NCBI GenBank assembly: GCA_965204725.1
Contig: OZ242005.1
Span: 960,001-1,024,000, forward strand
Origin: Candidatus Latescibacterota bacterium
Lineage (GTDB): Bacteria; Latescibacterota; UBA2968; UBA8231
DNA: 64,000 nt
Reading direction: 5' to 3'
Position numbers and translations under genes: made by a program. This document shows, one piece after another, positions 58,054-64,000 of the stretch (the stretch's first letter is position 1; every line of letters begins with the position of its first letter). The notes below the pieces were generated by a model. That model was not told the DNA's origin. It worked only from the letters and a program-made list of their open reading frames with translations, and searched no databases.

Positions 58054-59823
58054 ATGCCAACGTCTCCTAGCGCGATCTGGCGACTGGGGGTCGGCGCGTT
58101 GCTGTGGGCCGCCTGCGGGCCGGAAGAGCCTTCGGCACCGGTGCCCGCGCCCGAGTACGCCAAAGCACCGTCGGCCGAATACGCGGTGGGGCGCGGGCGG
58201 AAAGAGGCCCCGGCCGTGCGCTTCGTGGATGTGACGCAGGAGGCGGGTCTTGAATTTGAGCACGAGACCGGGGCGCGCGGCGACAAGTGGATGCCAGAAA
58301 CCATGGGCAGCGGCTGCGCGCTCTTCGACTACGATGGGGACGGCTGGCTCGACGTGTTCTTGGTCAACAGCGAAGGCTGGCGCGGCGAAAAGACCCCCGG
58401 CAAGCTCTACCGCAACCTCGGCAACGGCACCTTTGCCGACGCAACGGCCCGCACGGGCCTAGACTTTTCAGTCTATGGCATGGGCGCGACGATTGCCGAC
58501 TACGACGCCGATGACGACCCGGATATATACCTGACGACCTTGGGGCCGAACTTGCTCTTGCGCAACGACGCGGGTCGCTTTGTCGATGTGGCGCGGGAAG
58601 CGGGCGTGGCCGGCGCGGTCTGGCGCGACGACGCCGGTCACGAGAGTCCCGAGTGGTCAACGGGCGCGGCTTGGGTGGATGTGGATGGAGATGGCTGGCT
58701 GGATTTGTTGGTCACCAACTACGTGCGCTGGTCGCCCAGCACCGACATATACACCACGCTCGACGGCAGGGAAAAGTCCTACGCCACGCCCCAGCAGTAC
58801 CCCGGCTCAACGCCCCGGCTCTATCGGAATCTGGGCGAGGGCCGCTTCCGGGAGATAACCCAAGAAGCGGGCCTGCTGTTGCCCGAAGGCAAGTCCATGG
58901 GCGTAGCCATGACCGACTTTGATGACGACGGCCGCATCGACTTGGTCGTCACCAACGACACCCAGCCCAATTTCCTATTGCACAACTTAGGTGGGGGCCG
59001 CTTTGCGGAGCGGGGGCTCGCCGCGGGCATTGGCTACGACGAAACCGGCCGGGCGCGTGCTGGGATGGGCGTAGATATTGCCTCGGTTGCCAACGACGGC
59101 GTGCTTTCCATCGCCATTGGCAACTTCAGCCGCGAGGCGCTCTCGCTCTACAGCCAAGCCGGCGGCGCGGTCTTCGTCGATGCTGCGGGCCGAGCGCGGC
59201 TGATGCAGGCGACGCTGCGGCCGCTGACCTTTGGGCTGCGCTTTTTCGACTGCGATCTCGACGGCTATCAGGACCTAATCTTGGCCAATGGACACATCGA
59301 GCCAGAAATCAACTCGACGCAGAAGGAAATCGAGTACCAGCAGACGCCGCAGTTGTTTTGGAACGATGGCGACGGGCGGATGGTCGAGGTGTCCGAGCAG
59401 GCGGGCGGACTGTTCCGCAAGCCGCTGGTGGCGCGCGGGCTGGCGGTCGGCGATATCGACGCCGACCACGACTTGGATGTGCTGCTGACGACCAATGGCG
59501 GTCCGGCCTATCTATTGCGCAACGAAGGGCCGACCGGCCGCGCGGTGGCACTCGACCTGACGGGCAAGGCGCCCAACCGAGACGCCATCGGCGCCAAGGT
59601 GACCGCGCAGGTGGGCGAGCAGACGCAGGTCTTTATGGTGCGCACGGGGTCTTCCTATCTGAGCCACAGCCCTGCTACGCTGACCGTTGGCTTGGGCGAG
59701 GCCGAGCAGATTGACCGCTTGGAGATTCGCTGGCCGGATGGGACGGTGGAAACCCTTGAACAGCTCGCGGCTGGGACGCGCTACGCAATCGCGCAGGGTG
59801 CGGGCATTGTGGAGGCTGAGTAG
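58054..59823 (+). CDS. CRTAC1-family FG-GAP + ASPIC/UnbV lipoprotein
   Basis: LWAAC lipobox; ETMGSG, DYDGDGWLD repeats; NRDAIGAKV...GLG...RWPDG. Confidence 0.88.
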   Translation: MPTSPSAIWRLGVGALLWAACGPEEPSAPVPAPEYAKAPSAEYAVGRGRKEAPAVRFVDVTQEAGLEFEHETGARGDKWMPETMGSGCALFDYDGDGWLDVFLVNSEGWRGEKTPGKLYRNLGNGTFADATARTGLDFSVYGMGATIADYDADDDPDIYLTTLGPNLLLRNDAGRFVDVAREAGVAGAVWRDDAGHESPEWSTGAAWVDVDGDGWLDLLVTNYVRWSPSTDIYTTLDGREKSYATPQQYPGSTPRLYRNLGEGRFREITQEAGLLLPEGKSMGVAMTDFDDDGRIDLVVTNDTQPNFLLHNLGGGRFAERGLAAGIGYDETGRARAGMGVDIASVANDGVLSIAIGNFSREALSLYSQAGGAVFVDAAGRARLMQATLRPLTFGLRFFDCDLDGYQDLILANGHIEPEINSTQKEIEYQQTPQLFWNDGDGRMVEVSEQAGGLFRKPLVARGLAVGDIDADHDLDVLLTTNGGPAYLLRNEGPTGRAVALDLTGKAPNRDAIGAKVTAQVGEQTQVFMVRTGSSYLSHSPATLTVGLGEAEQIDRLEIRWPDGTVETLEQLAAGTRYAIAQGAGIVEAE

Positions 59824-59829
59824 AACGGA

Positions 59830-61452
59830 TTGGCACAGCAACTGCGCGCAGTGAATACGACCGACATCGGCGACGCCATCCGCTTGGGGTGCCAAGCCAT
59901 GGGCCGGGCTTTCAACGCCGATGACGCCGATCTGCCCTACGGCGGAGCGCAGGTGCGGCCCCAAGCCTTTTTGGCCGGCAGCATGGAAGGCCATATCCCG
60001 GGCCGCCACTTGAACGCGTTGCTGGCGGCTGAAGACGCTGTGGGCTTGGACTTGGACGAAGCGGTGATCGACAAGCACGCCCGCGCGGCCTTTTTCTCGT
60101 ACAGCCGAGCACCCCTGCCCTTGCAGCGCATCGGCCCGCACACTAAGGGCGAAGGGGATCCCATTGAACTGCAAGAGCACAATTTGCGCGAAGGCTTTCA
60201 CGCCCTCTACGCCTTGGCCGCTTTCCGCGGGTCGGAGCGGGCCATGGAGTTGGCCGCGGCCAGCATTGAGTTGCTCTTCGATTATTGGGTGCCCAACGAG
60301 CAATGGGATCGCGCTCGTCTCACACGCGACACGCCGGTGCGCCTCCGCGATGGCGGCGAGGCGACCTTCATCCAAGGGCCGGCGCGCGCCATTGGGCCGC
60401 TGGTCAAATTGTACCAAGCCACCGGGCACCGGCCGGCCTTGGAGTTGGCCTCCGTGCTCAAGGACAAGGCCGTGCGCGAGTTCTTTCTCGACGATGGCGG
60501 CACCGAGCACTTTGGCTCGCACGTGCATTCGACCACCTGCGTGTTGTCGTCGCTGGCTCAGCTCGCCGAATGCACTGGGGACGCCGGCTTGATGCAGCGA
60601 GTTAAGCGGTTCTACGATGGTGAGTTGTGGGATTTGCGCGATCAGATCGGCTGGTCCATTGAGGTCTCGACCCGACCCACGCGCTGCCGCCGGGGCGAGG
60701 CCAACAATACCGGCGACATTATCGAGACCGCGCTCATTTTGGGGCGCTGGGGCCACCCCGAGTACTATGCCGATGCCGAGCGCATGTTGCGCAGCCACTT
60801 GCTGCCGTCGCAGTTACGAGATGTCTCGTTTATCGTCGAGCCCGATAATCCCGAAGGGGTGGATGGCAAGCGCGAGGTGGCGCACCGGCTGCGCGGCGGC
60901 TTTGGTTTTCCGGCGCCCTATGGGCACGAGCCGCTGGGGATCTGGCAATCGAACAAGCCGCGCATTGGCTTCAATACCGACATTGTCGGCGGGGCCGTCG
61001 GCTCACTCGCTGCGGCGTATCGGGCTGTGGTGCGCCGCGATGGAGAGGGGCATTGGGTCGATATGTTGTTCGATTGCGAGACCGATGGCCTTGCCGTGCA
61101 GTCGCCTTATACGCATCCGCGTTTGGCGGTTAAGGTCAAGCGGGCGGGGGCTTTGCGGGTGCGGGTGCCGCCTTGGGTTGGGGGGAGGGGGCCACAAGAG
61201 GCACAGAGGGAGGGGAATTGGGGGGGTGGGCCACAAGAGGCACAAAAGGCACAAGAGGCGCAAAGCGGGGGGTATGTGGTGATTGAGGAGCCGCCGGTGG
61301 GGGGCTGGATCGGCTTTGGGTTTGATTTGCCGATCCATGAGACGACCCTGACTTGGCGCGACAGTGCCATCCGCACCCGGCTGCGGGGCGACGAGGTGGT
61401 AGCGATGGATAACTTTGGCACGGACCTGACCTTTTTCCCGCCGTTTGATTGA
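59830..61452 (+). CDS. Hypothetical protein, possibly alpha/alpha-toroid glycoside hydrolase-like (GH127-like)
   Basis: Long ORF with genome-typical codon use; HIPGR.LNALL, HVHS, GEAN, YY.DAER..R, LRVRVPPW beta-domain; start codon uncertain (TTG). Confidence 0.5.
   Translation: MAQQLRAVNTTDIGDAIRLGCQAMGRAFNADDADLPYGGAQVRPQAFLAGSMEGHIPGRHLNALLAAEDAVGLDLDEAVIDKHARAAFFSYSRAPLPLQRIGPHTKGEGDPIELQEHNLREGFHALYALAAFRGSERAMELAAASIELLFDYWVPNEQWDRARLTRDTPVRLRDGGEATFIQGPARAIGPLVKLYQATGHRPALELASVLKDKAVREFFLDDGGTEHFGSHVHSTTCVLSSLAQLAECTGDAGLMQRVKRFYDGELWDLRDQIGWSIEVSTRPTRCRRGEANNTGDIIETALILGRWGHPEYYADAERMLRSHLLPSQLRDVSFIVEPDNPEGVDGKREVAHRLRGGFGFPAPYGHEPLGIWQSNKPRIGFNTDIVGGAVGSLAAAYRAVVRRDGEGHWVDMLFDCETDGLAVQSPYTHPRLAVKVKRAGALRVRVPPWVGGRGPQEAQREGNWGGGPQEAQKAQEAQSGGYVVIEEPPVGGWIGFGFDLPIHETTLTWRDSAIRTRLRGDEVVAMDNFGTDLTFFPPFD
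61178..61266 (+). repeat. In-frame low-complexity repeat insertion (CCACAAGAGGCACA units)
   Basis: Two units TTGGGGGG...GGCCACAAGAGGCACA; the second has extra 9-bp (A/G)AGGCACAA-type repeats. Confidence 0.75.
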
Positions 61453-61469
61453 GCCGACCCCAGCCGGTA

Positions 61470-62549
61470 CTAGTCGGCTAGTTCGCTGCCTCGGCGGTTG
61501 GCGATGGAGCGCGGTGTCAAGTCGAAGAGGGTCTCGTGCCCGTGGAAGAAGCGGTCGAACTCATCGACCATGAGCGTAAAAAAGCGCGGGTAGCTCTGCT
61601 CGGTCACGCCGGCGATGTGCGGCGTGAGAAAGACGTTTTCGAGGTGGAGAATCTCCCGGTCGCCATACGCATTGTCCGCGCCCGCATCCGGGTCGAACAC
61701 GTCTAGACCGGCGACGATGTCGCCCCGCTTGAGCCGCCGTACTAGCGCATCCGAATCAACCACCTTACCCCGCGATACATTGACGAACACCGCGCCCGGC
61801 CGGATCAGGTCTAGCTCCCGTTGCCCAATCATGCGCTCGGTGCGCGGGGTGTGCGGGGCTAGGCAGACGATGGCGTCGCACTGAGCCATTACGTTGTCCA
61901 ACGAGGTTTTGAGGAAGCCGACGGCGTCGGCCATCTCCCGCGCCAGATAGGGGTCGCACACCCACACTTCCGTATGAAAGGGGCGCAAAAACTGGATCAG
62001 CCGCCGGCCAATGTGCCCGCAGCCGATCAGGCCGACTCGCTTCCCGGTCAGGTCGCCGTGGATAAAGCCAAAGTCGGTGTGTGGACGGGGGCGCACGTCG
62101 CCGGCGATGAGGCGGCGGAATTGCGCCCCGGCGTTGCGCAGGGCAATGAGGATGAGGGCCAAGGCCCACTCGGCCACCGGATACGACGAGCCGTTGGTCG
62201 TATCCACCGTGCAGACGCCCCGCGCCCAAGCGGCTTCGACATCAATGCGGCTGGCAAAGCGGTCGCCCTCTAGCTCGCCGATGATCTTCAGGTCGGGCGC
62301 TCGGTCCAAGAGCGCGGCATCGACGGTTGGGCAGCCGTGGCAGACGACCAATCCGTCGCAATGACCTAGCCGCTCGCCCAGCACTTGGGCGGTGGCGGGG
62401 TCTGCGTTGGTGTTGTAAATGTCGCCGCCTTCGCATTCAAACCAATCCCAATCGGCAAAGGCTTTGAGGCGGTCGAGATCGGCCGCGGCGAGGTATTGCT
62501 CGCGGACGTGCTTGTTGCAGGCGATGATTATTTGCGGGCGGGTGTGCAT
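61470..62549 (-). CDS. D-isomer-specific 2-hydroxyacid dehydrogenase family protein
   Basis: GLIGCGHIG, VNVSRG, GLDVF, LTPHIAG. Confidence 0.9.
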   Translation of the reverse strand: MHTRPQIIIACNKHVREQYLAAADLDRLKAFADWDWFECEGGDIYNTNADPATAQVLGERLGHCDGLVVCHGCPTVDAALLDRAPDLKIIGELEGDRFASRIDVEAAWARGVCTVDTTNGSSYPVAEWALALILIALRNAGAQFRRLIAGDVRPRPHTDFGFIHGDLTGKRVGLIGCGHIGRRLIQFLRPFHTEVWVCDPYLAREMADAVGFLKTSLDNVMAQCDAIVCLAPHTPRTERMIGQRELDLIRPGAVFVNVSRGKVVDSDALVRRLKRGDIVAGLDVFDPDAGADNAYGDREILHLENVFLTPHIAGVTEQSYPRFFTLMVDEFDRFFHGHETLFDLTPRSIANRRGSELAD

Positions 62550-62650
62550 GGTGTAAGTCCCTCTCGTTTGAGATAGCAACCATTACGTCTGAGATGCCGT
62601 AGAAAAGCTCCTCTTTTCACTGGACAATGTGATTCAGTGTGGGCATGGGC

Positions 62651-62935
62651 TTACGAGGGCCAGAATCGCAAAACGATATTGAGTAGAGCTAAACCGGAGG
62701 TCATCGCTACAACCAGAATTTTGACGCTGCCCTTGAGTTCGGCCATTTCGGCCTGCAATCGCGCAATGTCATCTTTGAGACCGCTCTCAACGCGCGTAAT
62801 CTCGGCCTGCAATCGCGCAATATCATCCTTTAAGACCGATCTCAACTCAGCAAGGTCTGCCTTGGAAGCGAGGTGATCGTACACGCCTTCGAGCCTTGCT
62901 AGACGCTCTTCAATAGTGGGGGGCACGGTAGCCAT
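62651..62935 (-). CDS. Small coiled-coil protein with C-terminal TM helix (DUF1640/CCDC90-like)
   Basis: AAGGAG RBS; HLASKADL; duplicated LKDDIARLQAE; hydrophobic C-terminus. Confidence 0.7.
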   Translation of the reverse strand: MATVPPTIEERLARLEGVYDHLASKADLAELRSVLKDDIARLQAEITRVESGLKDDIARLQAEMAELKGSVKILVVAMTSGLALLNIVLRFWPS

Positions 62936-63105
62936 CGTCGGTGCGCTCCTTTCGTGGAGTGGGGGTGGGAGGGTGTGCTATGAACATACAGGACGAGATT
63001 GAGCCGCGTCAATGAGAAATCGGTAGTGGTCTTGTCGCCTTATCGGGGCTGAGACTTTCAAACAGACTCACTACCGGATTGCCGACGGACCGCTATCCGT
63101 CGCTT

Positions 63106-63146
63106 AACCTTGTAAAATCACCATCTGATGGGTAATATACAAGGTT
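63106..63146 (+). promoter_or_regulatory. Palindromic operator overlapping a sigma70-like promoter
   Basis: AACCTTGTA...CCATCTGATGG...TACAAGGTT; contains TTGTAA-17-TAATAT. Confidence 0.55.
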
Positions 63147-63174
63147 GTTGTGAGCCAATCTGGAAAGGTGCCTC

Positions 63175-64000
63175 ATGGCCATCCCCCGTTCTGCCCAAAA
63201 CAGTGTGCTTGCGGCACTGGCGCAGTTCCCGGCTGTTGCTTTGGTCGGCCCGCGGCAGTGCGGAAAAACAACCTTGGCCCGCATGCTTGACCCATCGCCC
63301 GCGCCCGTTTTTTTCGACTTAGAGGACCCGCGGGACCGGCTGGTCTTGGAAGACCCCTTGCGGGCGTTGCAGGTCGGCGAACTCGTCGTCATTGACGAAG
63401 CGCAGCGCATGCCGGAGTTGTTCCCCGTTTTGCGGGTGCTCATCGACCGGAACCGTCGCCCCGGGCAGTTCCTCCTGCTGGGTTCGGCCACGCCCGATCT
63501 TCGTCGGCAGAGTGCCGAAAGTCTGGCCGGTCGGTTGCTGACCCTAGAGCTTACGCCGTTCACCGCCCAAGAGGTGGTCCCCAACCGCTTCTCGTTGGAA
63601 GTGCTGTGGGAACGAGGCGGCTTTCCCCTGTCGCTGCTAGCCACCACGAGCGAGCAGAGCGTTCTGTGGCGTCAGCAGTATGTGCGCGACATAACCGAAC
63701 GCGATTTGCGGCTCTTGGGATTTGATCTGCCGCCGGCGAGAATGTATCGCTTCCTGCAAATGCTGGCCCACAACCACGGCCAACTTTGGAATGCCAGCCA
63801 ACTGGCGCGCAGTCTCGAAGTAGGCGCCACGACCGCCGGGCGCTATCTCGACGTCATCCAGCAAACTTACCTCGTGCGGTGTCTGCCGCCTTACCTGCGG
63901 AATACGGGAAAACGCCTTACCAAATCCCCCAAGGTGTACATCCGCGACTCGGGCATCCTCCATTCCCTGCTCGCCCTGCAAAGCCGCGAACAGGTGCTTG
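63175..64000 (+). CDS. AAA_14/DUF4143 (COG1373-like) ATPase, 3' end outside the window
   Basis: Translated by hand from ATG 63175: VALVGPRQCGKTT, VIDEAQ, LLGSA, ESLAGR, GGFP, KRLTKSPKVYIRDSG; missing from the ORF track because no stop falls in the window. Confidence 0.88.
   Translation, partial: MAIPRSAQNSVLAALAQFPAVALVGPRQCGKTTLARMLDPSPAPVFFDLEDPRDRLVLEDPLRALQVGELVVIDEAQRMPELFPVLRVLIDRNRRPGQFLLLGSATPDLRRQSAESLAGRLLTLELTPFTAQEVVPNRFSLEVLWERGGFPLSLLATTSEQSVLWRQQYVRDITERDLRLLGFDLPPARMYRFLQMLAHNHGQLWNASQLARSLEVGATTAGRYLDVIQQTYLVRCLPPYLRNTGKRLTKSPKVYIRDSGILHSLLALQSREQVL

Noticed and set aside
59512-60798. Long antisense ORFs (also 32279-33469, 46661-47878, 22040-22993, 12370-13236)
   Set aside because: Shadows of high-GC genes on the other strand; no motifs or RBS
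1-64000. tRNA, rRNA, riboswitches, integrases, prophage genes
   Set aside because: None recognised by eye; a covariance-model search would be needed to exclude small RNAs

Overview
GC-rich bacterial chromosome segment. Its YPNPFN/FlgD-type C-terminal domains, internalin-like LRR lipoprotein and many sugar-acid and sulfatase enzymes suggest an FCB-superphylum organism, possibly a host- or sponge-associated Latescibacterota/Gemmatimonadota-like lineage (inference only). The backbone carries purL, sucA-sucB-lpdA, xylA, nadA, dapL, glnS, uppP, ackA, hsp20, flotillin-NfeD, polysaccharide transferases and carbohydrate-catabolic enzymes. Many small accessory pieces are inserted into it: a type IIG-like R-M gene, a type ISP R-M remnant fused to an IS630 remnant, two MITE families carrying REP-like palindromes, vapBC, a DUF6883/DUF4926-like pair, and a ~1.1 kb insertion bounded by a duplicated lpdA 3' end. 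The best candidate for an undescribed system is 38128-45420 on the minus strand. There an 11-bp repeat array and a consensus sigma54 promoter precede an 89-aa secreted six-cysteine peptide. A stem-loop and three tandem, mosaic paralogues (CBM-like domain + FG-GAP propeller + FlgD/T9SS-like C-terminal domain) follow. Other highlights are a ribbon-helix-helix gene coupled to nadA, a membrane-anchored pentaheme-TPR protein paired with an ASPIC/UnbV protein, a GlnRS with HIGS instead of HIGH, a frameshifted zinc-finger mini-gene after purL, and a C16 tract upstream of the LRR lipoprotein. All calls come from reading motifs by eye; no searches were run.
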